Below are positions 1 to 9,138 of a stretch of DNA of 62,807 nucleotides, piece by piece. The stretch spans positions 1 through 62,807 of the forward strand of contig JAHQWH010000011.1 of assembly GCA_029856105.1 (NCBI GenBank), given 5' to 3'. A model generated the notes under the pieces. It ran no database searches. It worked only from the letters and a program-made list of their open reading frames with translations, and had not been told where the DNA came from. A program made the position numbers and the translations under genes. Position 1 is the stretch's first letter. Every line of letters starts with the position of its first letter. This stretch comes from Promethearchaeia archaeon (GTDB lineage Archaea; Asgardarchaeota; Lokiarchaeia; Sigyniarchaeales; SOKP01).

Positions 1-201
1 TTTGTCTAATACCATTTTAATTCACTAATTAAAATTAAGAAATACTAAGTATTAATAATTTTTGCTTAGTTTTTTGTTAAAACTCAATGAAGTAAAGATT
101 TAGATCGTGAAAGCTGAGTTTCACGATAATATATGTATATACTAATATTACTTTGATATTACCGTGATATTATAAAGAATTGAAAAAGAAAAATGGAACA
201 A

Positions 202-1452
202 TTATGAATTAATAACTTGTTCTTTTGATTTTATTACTTGCTCTTTTTCTTCTTGAACTGAATTAACAAATGCCCATCGCCATATGAGAAATATGAGTGT
301 GAATATAACTGCTGAAGAGATTGGTAGCATTTGTGTTGGTAGAAATTGTAAGATTAATCCACCAAGAATTGGGGTTATAATCTGACCAATACTGGTTAAA
401 GAGCTACTTACACCTAGTAAACTACCAGTTTCCTCTTTTTTGACGGCTTTGGTTAGCTTGCTAGTTAGAATGGGGCGAGCTACACCTGTGCCAAATGCTA
501 AAAAGCTAAGGGGAAGATACACGATCCAGTAGCTAGTGGAAAAAATAAGAAACGTCATTGTGAAAATCATAGCAAAAATACCTAATCTCAGAGTTGTGTT
601 TTCACTTAACTTCTTCAATAATGGATTGATCAGAGCAGTCTGAAAAATAACCCTAAGAGTTCCAATCCAAGCCATATAAAAACTAACTTCTTGGACAGAA
701 ACATTGACTTGTTTTTCAGCCAATAGAGAAAATGTTGAAATAAATAGAAAAAACCCGAAATTATAGATGAAAAAAACCACTAAAATACCACGTATTTTAG
801 CCGTTTTAAAGAATCGTTTAGTTTCCTTAATAGGAATTATATCTCCAAGATTAAAATCTAATTTATTCTCTTTTTTACTTAGTGACTCGGGTAAAAAAAT
901 TATTACCAATATTACGGAGAGAAGGCTAACTCCAGCAGCAAAAAAAAAGGGAACTGAATAGTTAATTGATGCTAACAATCCTCCGATCATTGGTCCAAAT
1001 ATTAGCCCGGCACCAAAAACCGCGCTTGAATAACCAAAAGTTTTTGTTCGATATCTTGGATTAGTCACATCGCTAATATACGCATGACTAACGGTCATAT
1101 TACTTCCTAGAACTCCGTCTACAAGACGTGCTAAAACTAATATCCAGACATTATTAGCTATTCCAAGAAGAAAAAATCCTATAAGAGTGCTCGTTTGACT
1201 AAAGATTAGCAATGGTTTTCTACCGAATATATCACTAAGTTTTCCAGTGATTGGGCTAGCGAAAAGCTGGCATATGCTAAAAATACTTAAAATTATGCCA
1301 ATTTGAAACGCATTCAAACCTAAAGATAACCCTAAAAATGGGATTATGGGCATCACACTGCTAAACCCTAAAACTTCTGTAAATAAAATCAGAAAAATGA
1401 TTAAAAGGCGTTTATCGAACTTTTTATCTTGATTTTTTGGTGTCGAATTAAT
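202..1452 (-). CDS. MFS transporter, TetA/DHA1-like drug:H+ antiporter (probable non-canonical ATT/ATA start near 1452-1455)
   Basis: Motif A GKLSDIFGRKP and multiple TM segments. The frame stays open upstream of the listed GTG (1356) through TM1 LLIIFLILFTEVLGFSSVMP to a TGA at 1461-1459. Confidence 0.85.
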   Translation of the reverse strand: MNSTPKNQDKKFDKRLLIIFLILFTEVLGFSSVMPIIPFLGLSLGLNAFQIGIILSIFSICQLFASPITGKLSDIFGRKPLLIFSQTSTLIGFFLLGIANNVWILVLARLVDGVLGSNMTVSHAYISDVTNPRYRTKTFGYSSAVFGAGLIFGPMIGGLLASINYSVPFFFAAGVSLLSVILVIIFLPESLSKKENKLDFNLGDIIPIKETKRFFKTAKIRGILVVFFIYNFGFFLFISTFSLLAEKQVNVSVQEVSFYMAWIGTLRVIFQTALINPLLKKLSENTTLRLGIFAMIFTMTFLIFSTSYWIVYLPLSFLAFGTGVARPILTSKLTKAVKKEETGSLLGVSSSLTSIGQIITPILGGLILQFLPTQMLPISSAVIFTLIFLIWRWAFVNSVQEEKEQVIKSKEQVINS

Positions 1453-1929
1453 TATACTTCACATCTTTTTTAGTTGCGTTTAGAATTAGTTTTATTTGAG
1501 AAAATTGTGTTAATATTAAGTTTTATGTTTATATAATCATTTTTGGGACCTTTTTTTCAAAAAAAAAGTTAAATTTTCTCCTTCGATTTCACTGGAATTC
1601 ATAATGATGTAAAATTTGAAAATTTTAAAGCTATGACTAACAACTTTATTTATCGAAAATAACTCAAACTCAAAAAAAGAATTTTTTTTTAGATTTTATT
1701 CCTTCTCCAATTATCATTAATCGGAGGATACAAATTTAATGTACCAATAGTAGTGACGCGAATAGCGCACAACCAGGTGTTGTATGATAAGAGTTAAAAA
1801 GTGTTCTTCTAAATGATATGTTTATTAGAATAGAAGATTTTAAGCTAAGTTATTTAAACAGCAATAATATTCGTTTTAAGTATATAACACCTAATTTAAT
1901 TAAGGAACAGAATATCTTAAAAAATAATT

Positions 1930-2556
1930 ATGAAAATTGAATTATTATTTATTACTCCAGAAGCAGAAAAACTAATAGAATCTGCTGGGCGTACGTCATA
2001 TCTATCATTTGATAAGCAAGGGAATGACTCCGAAAAAAGATTCGTTCGAATGCTTATAAAGAGAGGCCATACTTCCGTCTTAGAACATGCTTATGCTACT
2101 TTTAGAATTTCAGAAATATCAAGAGCGTTGACGCATCAATTAGTAAGACATAGATTTTGTTCAATTACGCAACAATCACAGAGATATATAGACGAAAAAA
2201 GTTTTCACTATATTGAACCTAGTTCGATTAAAAGAAATAGTGAAGCTCACGCGTTATTTATTAATCTGATGGAAAAGATTAGGGATGCTTATATAGAACT
2301 AAAAGATTTGGGTATTAAAAAAGAAGACGCTCGATTTGTTTTACCAAATGCTACTGAAAGCCAATTAGTATTAACAGCAAACTTACGGGAATGGAGACAT
2401 ATAATTGAACTTCGAGGGGATTTAGCGGCTCAATGGGAAATAAGGAGAATGGCAATTGAAATTTTAAATATATTAAAACAAAAAGTGCCAACTGTTTTTG
2501 AAGATTTTAAGATTATTAAAGAGAAAAACATTATACAACGAATAAATTTAGAGTAA
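1930..2556 (+). CDS. thyX: FAD-dependent thymidylate synthase
   Basis: GHTSVLEH, ThyX motif QLVRHRFCSITQQSQRY, EDARFVLPNA, AQWEIR. Confidence 0.95.
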   Translation: MKIELLFITPEAEKLIESAGRTSYLSFDKQGNDSEKRFVRMLIKRGHTSVLEHAYATFRISEISRALTHQLVRHRFCSITQQSQRYIDEKSFHYIEPSSIKRNSEAHALFINLMEKIRDAYIELKDLGIKKEDARFVLPNATESQLVLTANLREWRHIIELRGDLAAQWEIRRMAIEILNILKQKVPTVFEDFKIIKEKNIIQRINLE

Positions 2557-2725
2557 AAAAAAAAGAATTAACTATTCTCCTTCTATTATCATCCTTTTAA
2601 AGGATTGAAATGGTTTTAAAGAAGATCCAACTAAGATAGATTTGAAAAGAATTTATAAGCGAAAAACATCTTATGATTTAATATTAGAAATAACAATGAA
2701 CTATAGCATAAAAAATGGATAAAAG

Positions 2726-5182
2726 ATGGTAATACTAAATAGTTCTCAATTGAAAAAATGCAAGTCTTTAGTGTCGTTAGGCTTAATTTTTTATGTTTTA
2801 ATAGTTACAGTATTTCCTTTACTTAGTGCGTTTGGAAATCACAATTATTTTTTACAGCCTTACGAAGAAGAACTAATAAGTATTAAAGATCTCTTCGAAA
2901 AGCCAAATAAAGCCGATCCTGAAATTAATGGAACGGATTATCTTATTCTAACTCCAGATCAATTTTACGAAAATATAATACCTTTAGCTCAAAGCAAAGA
3001 AAATAAGGGGCTCCTTACAAAAGTAGTGAATTTAACAGATATTGCTACTAGTCCGAGCGCAAAAAACATAAGCGAATACATCCAAAATGCGTACGACACT
3101 TGGAATCCCGCTCCGACCTATGTATTATTGGTAGGCGATGTTGAGTTTTTACCTGCTCACTACATGAATGGCGGTCCCGCAACGGATTTATATTACGCAA
3201 CTGTAGTAGGGGATGATTACTATCCCGATATTTATGTAGGGCGATTCCCTGTAAAAACAGCAAACGAATTGGATATTGTTGTTAATAAAACTTTAGATTA
3301 CAAAAATAATTTCAATCAAAGCGAAGTTTGGCGCCAAAATATTTTATTGGCAGCTTACGAACAATCTGGACGGTATTTTATAGATACTTCCGAGTCAATT
3401 CGGCAATTACTTGAAAATGAGAGCTACGCGTGTAATACTGTCTATACGGGAGGTTCATATACAGGTACTACGCAAGAAGTTATAGATTTAATTAACGAAG
3501 GTACTTTTATAGCTAATCATAGGAATCACGGTGGAATTAATGGCTGGGGCCATCCATCATTGACAATGAGCGATATACCGGCTCTTAATAATAGCGATAT
3601 GCTACCCGCTATGTTTTCTGTCAATTGCTTAAGCGGATATTACGACGAACCTACTGTAGACTGTTTTGGAGAGGCAATTTTTAAAGCACAAGATAAAGGA
3701 GTCGTTGGCTATTTAGGCGCAAGCAGAGTAAGTTATAGCGGCCCTAACGATGAATTGAATAAAGGGTTTTTCTCAGCAATCTGGCCAGATTATTATCCGG
3801 GTTATAGAAATCCAGTTCAACATTCTACAAAATTGGGGGCAATTCTAAATTATGGAAAGCATTTTATGTTCGATAAATATGGTCTAACTAGAGCAGATGG
3901 TTATCATTATAGCTGGGGGAAAACTTATTTAACACCTGAACAAACTCAATATCAATTCGAGATTTTTAACCTTTTTGGTGATCCAGAGCTATCTATAATT
4001 GAATTTCCTCACGATTTAAAAGTAGATTTAGAAATACCTAACCAGAGATTAATAGATACAGCCTATTATATTAACGCGTCAGTAATAAATAACGGCGCTA
4101 ATTTGGAATCTGATGTTGATCTAGTAATATGCCTTAACGATATTCCAGTTGCTTCAAGAAATGTTTTAGATCTTTCTATTGGCGACAAAGTAACTGTTAA
4201 TTATAGTTGGACACCAACAGAATATGGAATTTATAACATTACTGCTTATGCATCACCAGTTATGGACGAATTTAGCTGGAGCAACAACATTTTTACAGAA
4301 TTAATTACAATTAATCACCCAACAACACCTTTTAAAGACGATTTCGAAAACGGGCTTTTAAATTGGTATTGTAACACAAATCTATGGCATGTCACCGATG
4401 ACAATAGTGCATGGTCCGATCCCTATCATTCTTCTTCACACGCTATATGGTTTGGTAATGAATCGACAGGGGATTGTTATACGGGAACTCAACAAATGGG
4501 TAATTTGATATCTGATACAATAGATTTAACTGGGGCTGAAAAAGCATATCTAGAGTTTGATCATTGGAGAGAGACTAAGTTTTCAAACGATTTTTCCTAT
4601 GTTTACATTTCTACTGATGGAAGTAATTGGGACCTCGTTTATTCAAATAATTCTAATATTTCACCTTGGGAACACGTAAACTTAAACATTTCTTCTTACG
4701 TTGGAAACGAGAGTATTCGGATAAGATTTTGTTTTGACGTATATAATACATCTGTTAACGATTATAGAGGGTGGCTTGTAGATGATATCAGCATTAAGAT
4801 TGAAGAAACTGTTCCTCCAACTTGGGTCGAAGTTCCTCAAGATCAGACTATAACATATAGTTATTCTTTCCATTATGAATTGAAAGCTAACGATTTTTTT
4901 GGTATTGAACACTGGTGGCTTAATAATACAGATCAATTCAATATAGATGAAAATGGCGTAATTACTAAACCTCTGTATCTACCAGTAGGAGTTTATTGGT
5001 TAGAAATACGAGCTTACGATCCGTTCGATAACTTTTGTTCTTGTACTATCAAAATAACTATTCTTCAAATCTCGCCTTTAGATTTCACGGGGTTTTTAAT
5101 TCTAATAGGGGGTCCACTTGTTGTTATTGGCATAGCAGTAGGTATAGAAAAACGGAAAAGAAATAAATATATTTACAGATAA
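2726..5182 (+). CDS. Membrane-anchored peptidase C25 (gingipain-like) with CARDB/Ig-like and beta-sandwich domains
   Basis: YVLLVGD, PDIYVGRFP, NHRNHGG (catalytic His), SVNCLSG (catalytic Cys), NLFGDP; N-terminal TM; C-terminal TM plus basic tail. Confidence 0.85.
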   Translation: MVILNSSQLKKCKSLVSLGLIFYVLIVTVFPLLSAFGNHNYFLQPYEEELISIKDLFEKPNKADPEINGTDYLILTPDQFYENIIPLAQSKENKGLLTKVVNLTDIATSPSAKNISEYIQNAYDTWNPAPTYVLLVGDVEFLPAHYMNGGPATDLYYATVVGDDYYPDIYVGRFPVKTANELDIVVNKTLDYKNNFNQSEVWRQNILLAAYEQSGRYFIDTSESIRQLLENESYACNTVYTGGSYTGTTQEVIDLINEGTFIANHRNHGGINGWGHPSLTMSDIPALNNSDMLPAMFSVNCLSGYYDEPTVDCFGEAIFKAQDKGVVGYLGASRVSYSGPNDELNKGFFSAIWPDYYPGYRNPVQHSTKLGAILNYGKHFMFDKYGLTRADGYHYSWGKTYLTPEQTQYQFEIFNLFGDPELSIIEFPHDLKVDLEIPNQRLIDTAYYINASVINNGANLESDVDLVICLNDIPVASRNVLDLSIGDKVTVNYSWTPTEYGIYNITAYASPVMDEFSWSNNIFTELITINHPTTPFKDDFENGLLNWYCNTNLWHVTDDNSAWSDPYHSSSHAIWFGNESTGDCYTGTQQMGNLISDTIDLTGAEKAYLEFDHWRETKFSNDFSYVYISTDGSNWDLVYSNNSNISPWEHVNLNISSYVGNESIRIRFCFDVYNTSVNDYRGWLVDDISIKIEETVPPTWVEVPQDQTITYSYSFHYELKANDFFGIEHWWLNNTDQFNIDENGVITKPLYLPVGVYWLEIRAYDPFDNFCSCTIKITILQISPLDFTGFLILIGGPLVVIGIAVGIEKRKRNKYIYR

Positions 5183-5399
5183 ATCAGAATTTTGATTTTT
5201 ATATAAAATTATAAAAAGGAATAAATTTATTTTAGTAATAAGAACGATAATGGTCGTGAAAAAAAAACTCGCGCTCCTATTCACGTTACTCTTTCAGATG
5301 TAGAACGGGCATATAAAAAAGTAGAGGAGTTCTAACGCTTAATTGAGCGAGGAAAAACCACAGAATAAATTTTCAAAGATATACTCAAGTTGATTCAAG

Positions 5400-5990
5400 T
5401 TGATAAGTGATCTTCTTCAAAAAATTTTAAAAACAGCTATCGATTGTAATGTTCCTATCGTTCTTATTGGGAGATTAGCTCTTCCAGCTTATAATGTAGC
5501 AAGAACAACGCTAGATCTTGATATTTGTATATATATTACATCTCAAGAAGAGTTAAACTAATTTATTGAAGCCTTGAACCAAAACGAGATTTCAACTGTT
5601 CAAAAACCAAAAATAAATCGTAATTTATTTACAGTATTCGGAAAGTTCGGGGAAGCAGAGATATGGTTAAAACCTTGTGATGCTTTTCATTGGGATGAAC
5701 AAATGGTCGGAAAAATACAAAAACTTTTTGATAATGTTTATGTGCTAGCCGTTGAAGATTATATCTTGACTAAACTTGGGAGATCTGATCGTAGTTAGAT
5801 CGATATAAGTGATATTTTAAAAATTATAATTGCAAACAAGGATAAATTAGATTGGAAATATCTTCGTTTTCGATTAAAAAGGACGGATCTAGAAAGCGAT
5901 TTTAAAGAGATTCTAAAATGATTTAGATTAGATTTTAATAATAATTTGCGAAATATCTCAAAAGAGATTCTAGATAAATTTAAAAACTAA
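5400..5990 (+). pseudogene. Nucleotidyltransferase (DUF6036/AbiEii-like) pseudogene
   Basis: One frame reads VLIGRLALPAYNVARTTLDLDI...VEDYILTKLGRSDRS*IDISDI...LDWKYL, interrupted by TAA 5559, TAG 5796 and TGA 5919. Confidence 0.75.
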
Positions 5991-6147
5991 GTTTAGAATT
6001 TTAAATACATTAGGTCTAGTCTCCATTCTTTACTTTATTTTTTCGTTTTCAATAATACTATTCTTCATCAAATTTTTGTTTTCTTCTTCTTTTAAAAAAT
6101 TTTTAAATTTAGAATCTTTATGTATGTTAACTAAGGTTGATAAGATA

Positions 6148-6591
6148 ATGGTTCAAAAAAATTCGGAAAAATTACCAAATAATCCCGTAGAAGCTCAAGG
6201 TATATTGATGAAAGAATTTTATAAAAAATTCGGAAAGGAAGCATTACCTATTATAGAAAGCGTTTGTGGAAGACAGGGTCATGCTTTAGGGTTAAAAGTA
6301 ATGAAAAAATTACCAGATAATAAATTAACAACTGTCGCACATGCTTTTTCAAAGAGCTTTAATCCTAATTTTGTTAAGATAATTTCTGTCTCAGATGACA
6401 AATTTCACATTCAAGGTACCAGGTGCCCTTTTGGTCTTGAAAATACATCTAGGGCGTTATGCGAAACAGTTATGGCAATCGACCACGAGTATTTTCGCGA
6501 AGCGGTTAGCGGTAAGATCGAACTCAAGATTCTTAAAACTGTTGCGGCAGGAGATTCACATTGTGATACAATTTATACCCTAAAAGAATAG
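6148..6591 (+). CDS. ATC-hydrolase/V4R-like small ligand-binding protein
   Basis: Likely ATG at 6148 after GGTTGA; motifs RCPFG, LCE..MAID and KTVAAGDSHCD. Confidence 0.65.
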   Translation: MVQKNSEKLPNNPVEAQGILMKEFYKKFGKEALPIIESVCGRQGHALGLKVMKKLPDNKLTTVAHAFSKSFNPNFVKIISVSDDKFHIQGTRCPFGLENTSRALCETVMAIDHEYFREAVSGKIELKILKTVAAGDSHCDTIYTLKE

Positions 6592-6635
6592 TTCTATTAA
6601 AAAGTAGTAATAGCAATAAAAAAAAAGAATAATGC

Positions 6636-6764
6636 TTATTGAGTTTCTCCATACTTCTCTTTCCAGATTGGATAGTTGATTTGTAAGACCCTTCTCTGGA
6701 CTTTTCCTACCATCGATTTTGGAATTATCTCAACTAGTTCCAACTGCTTAGGACATTTAAAATG
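6636..6764 (-). pseudogene. Orphan 3'-terminal fragment (42 aa plus stop) of an acyl-CoA ligase, homologous to 9139-9267
   Basis: Translates HFKCPKQLELVEIIPKSMVGKVQRRVLQINYPIWKEKYGETQ* versus HYKCPKQIEIIEEIPKSMVGKVQRRVLQINDPIWKEKYGETQ* in the intact gene. Confidence 0.9.
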
Positions 6765-6773
6765 TCTCAGAAT

Positions 6774-6802
6774 TTTACAAAATTTTCTTGTAAAAAGTTG
6801 GT
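6774..6802 (+). repeat. 29-bp direct repeat, copy 1 (copy 2 at 8918-8946), flanking the BspA gene
   Basis: tttacaaaattttcttgtaaaaagttggt vs tttataaaattttcttgtaaaaaattggt (27/29); internal dyad TTTACAA-N7-TTGTAAA. Confidence 0.75.
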
Positions 6803-6894
6803 CCTTATGAATTTAAATAGCATCGATAGAAAAAGATAAATAGTATAATTTTAAAAAAAAGTAAAATCTAATTTATAAACATAAATAAGGCAAG

Positions 6895-8721
6895 ATGATG
6901 AGATTGATGATAAATAAAGGAGTAAAGACTGTTAGAGCCTTTATATTAGTATCTTTGGCTTTGCTACAGATTTCAATTATTATGTTCCCGCTTCAGGTAC
7001 AAATGAATACGCCCCTCAGCGAGGAGTTTTCGGTACCAGTTACCTCAGACCCGAACGACTTTATTTCCGTCTGGAATACAACTAAGATAAGCGATGGTTC
7101 TAGCGGTAGCAGTCAAGTGCAGTTACCATTAAATTCTGATGGACAATATAATTTCACGGTGTATTGGGACGACGGGTCCAATGATACGATCACGAACTGG
7201 GATCAAGCCGAAAATACACACACCTATGCTTCCGAGGGAGTGTACACCATTACGATCACGGGAGAGATCGTGGGCTGGCAATTTAATTCTGGTAGAGATC
7301 GATTGAAGCTACTTGAAATCCGACAATGGGGGTGTTTACAATTAGGCAATTTAGCAAATTATTTCTCTGGGTGCGAGAATTTAGAACTTATAGCCACCGA
7401 TTATTTGAATTTAACGGGAACGACCAGCTTACATCGCGCTTTTTTTGGTTGCACGAACCTTGGTAGTAATGGAGATATGAACGGCTGGGATACATCGAGC
7501 GTGACAAGCATGGTTGAAATGTTCAGTGGGGCCTCTTCGTTCAACCAGCCCATCGGCAACTGGGATGTCTCGAGCGTGACAAGCATGGTTGAAATGTTCA
7601 GTGGGGCCTCTTCGTTCAACCAGCCCATCGGCAACTGGGATGTCTCGAGCTTGACAAGCATAGCTGAAATGTTCAGTTGGGCCTCTTCGTTCAACCAGCC
7701 CATCGACAACTGGGACGTCTCGGGCGTCTCAAATATGAGATACATGTTCTTTGGGGCCTCTTCGTTCAACCAGCCCATCGGCAACTGGGACGTCTCGGAC
7801 GTCTCAGATATGAGATACATGTTCCGTGAGGCATCTTCGTTCAACCAGCCTATCGGCAACTGGGACGTCTCGGGCGTCTCAAATATGAGATACATGTTCT
7901 TTGGGGCCTCTTCGTTCAACCAGCCCATCGGTGACTGGAATATCTCGAGCTTGACAACCATAACTGAAATGTTCTATTATGCCTCTTCGTTCAACCAGCC
8001 CATCAGCAACTGGGACATCTCGAGGTTCTCAGATATGAGATGTATGTTCTATGGGGCCTCTTCGTTCAACCAGCCCATCGGTAACTGGAACGTCTCGAGC
8101 GTGACAATCATGGAGGATATGTTCCATGGGGCCTCTTCGTTCAACCAGCCCATCGGCAACTGGAACGTCTCGAGCGTGACAATCATGGATGGTATGTTCC
8201 TTGATGCCTCTTCGTTCAACCAACCCATCGGCAACTGGAACGTCTCGAGCGTGACAATCATGGATAGTATGTTTCAAGGGGCCTCTTCGTTCAACCGACC
8301 CATCGGCAACTGGGATGTCTCGAGCGTGACACGCATGAGCTTCATGTTCGATAGTGCATCTTCGTTTAATCAAGACATCGGTGGATGGAACGTTTCGAAC
8401 GTAATAGATATGAGTGGCATGTTCCAATATGTCAGGTTATCGACACACAATTACGATAGCTTGTTAATTGGCTGGTCGCAATTAACACTGCAAACTGGTG
8501 TAATGTTTCACGGAGGTTGGTCACGGTATAGTTCGGGCACCGCTGCAGATGCAAGGGCTTATATCATAAGTACTTTTGGTTGGATAATTAGTGATAGTGG
8601 CTTAGATCTCTTAGATGTATTTATCTTTGGTTATGATATACCAAACATGATCGGAATTGGTATTCTTAGTGTCCTAATTGTAATATTCATAGTTAAAAAA
8701 CGGTCGAGAAAACAACGCTGA
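6895..8721 (+). CDS. BspA-family/DUF285 leucine-rich-repeat surface protein with PKD-like domain and Loki-CTERM-like anchor
   Basis: N-terminal TM; YNFTVYWDDG..HTYASEGVYTITI; 25-aa repeats NWDVSSVTxMxxMFxxASSFNQPIG; C-terminus GYDIPNMIGIGILSVLIVIFIVKKR. Confidence 0.92.
   Translation: MMRLMINKGVKTVRAFILVSLALLQISIIMFPLQVQMNTPLSEEFSVPVTSDPNDFISVWNTTKISDGSSGSSQVQLPLNSDGQYNFTVYWDDGSNDTITNWDQAENTHTYASEGVYTITITGEIVGWQFNSGRDRLKLLEIRQWGCLQLGNLANYFSGCENLELIATDYLNLTGTTSLHRAFFGCTNLGSNGDMNGWDTSSVTSMVEMFSGASSFNQPIGNWDVSSVTSMVEMFSGASSFNQPIGNWDVSSLTSIAEMFSWASSFNQPIDNWDVSGVSNMRYMFFGASSFNQPIGNWDVSDVSDMRYMFREASSFNQPIGNWDVSGVSNMRYMFFGASSFNQPIGDWNISSLTTITEMFYYASSFNQPISNWDISRFSDMRCMFYGASSFNQPIGNWNVSSVTIMEDMFHGASSFNQPIGNWNVSSVTIMDGMFLDASSFNQPIGNWNVSSVTIMDSMFQGASSFNRPIGNWDVSSVTRMSFMFDSASSFNQDIGGWNVSNVIDMSGMFQYVRLSTHNYDSLLIGWSQLTLQTGVMFHGGWSRYSSGTAADARAYIISTFGWIISDSGLDLLDVFIFGYDIPNMIGIGILSVLIVIFIVKKRSRKQR
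7483..8430 (+). repeat. Coding tandem repeat, 75-bp unit, 12 full copies plus 1 partial
   Basis: Near-invariant gcctcttcgttcaaccagcccatcggcaactggga every 75 bp. Confidence 0.95.
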
Positions 8722-8917
8722 TTTATGTAAGCGTAATTTTAATTATATCAAATAACCTTTTTATTTCTTTTTTATTAAACCATCTTTTTCTAACAATAGA
8801 GATGTAGTCAACTTTAAAGTAGATTATATAAAAGAATACCTTTATTTATACCACTAAACCTCAATTACTAAAGTGAAATTGCATCATTTTAGAATTTAAA
8901 ATAATCACGCCCAAAAG

Positions 8918-8946
8918 TTTATAAAATTTTCTTGTAAAAAATTGGT
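8918..8946 (+). repeat. 29-bp direct repeat, copy 2
   Basis: 27/29 identical to 6774-6802. Confidence 0.75.
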
Positions 8947-9138
8947 TTTTGCTTGTTATTGATCAATAGTAATAGAGCAAATCAGATTTATAAATCTTTT
9001 AAGATGTCCAAGAATTATAATTAGTCTCCCCACTAACTCAATTAATTGACTTGTTTTAACCACCAAGTTGAATACTCAGAAAAAGAGAATTAGATTACTT
9101 TCTGCCAGCAAAAAAACAAAAAAAAAAAGAATATCAAA

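Noticed and set aside
86-160. Second SECIS candidate (AUGA..GA around the dyad atcgtgaaa-N6-tttcacgat at 104-127)
   Set aside because: The helix register does not form the tandem GA core, and no Sec gene is visible; at most an operator or terminator hairpin.
1672-2612. Possible diverged repeat flanking thyX (1672-1736 vs 2556-2612)
   Set aside because: Similarity is short, gapped and AT-rich, and cannot be distinguished from chance by eye.
5400-5990. Recoding (Sec/Pyl) in the nucleotidyltransferase
   Set aside because: Three different stop types (TAA, TAG, TGA) at non-Cys positions indicate decay.
7401-8427. Antisense ORFs over the BspA repeats, and other short overlapping ORFs in the track
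   Set aside because: Shadows of strongly supported genes, with no independent motifs.
7483-8430. CRISPR-like alternation of constant and variable blocks
   Set aside because: Exact 75-bp in-frame period inside an ORF; the variable parts are homologous to each other; no cas genes.
6895-8721. Diversity-generating retroelement target
   Set aside because: No reverse transcriptase or template repeat in the window, and the variation is not adenine-specific.
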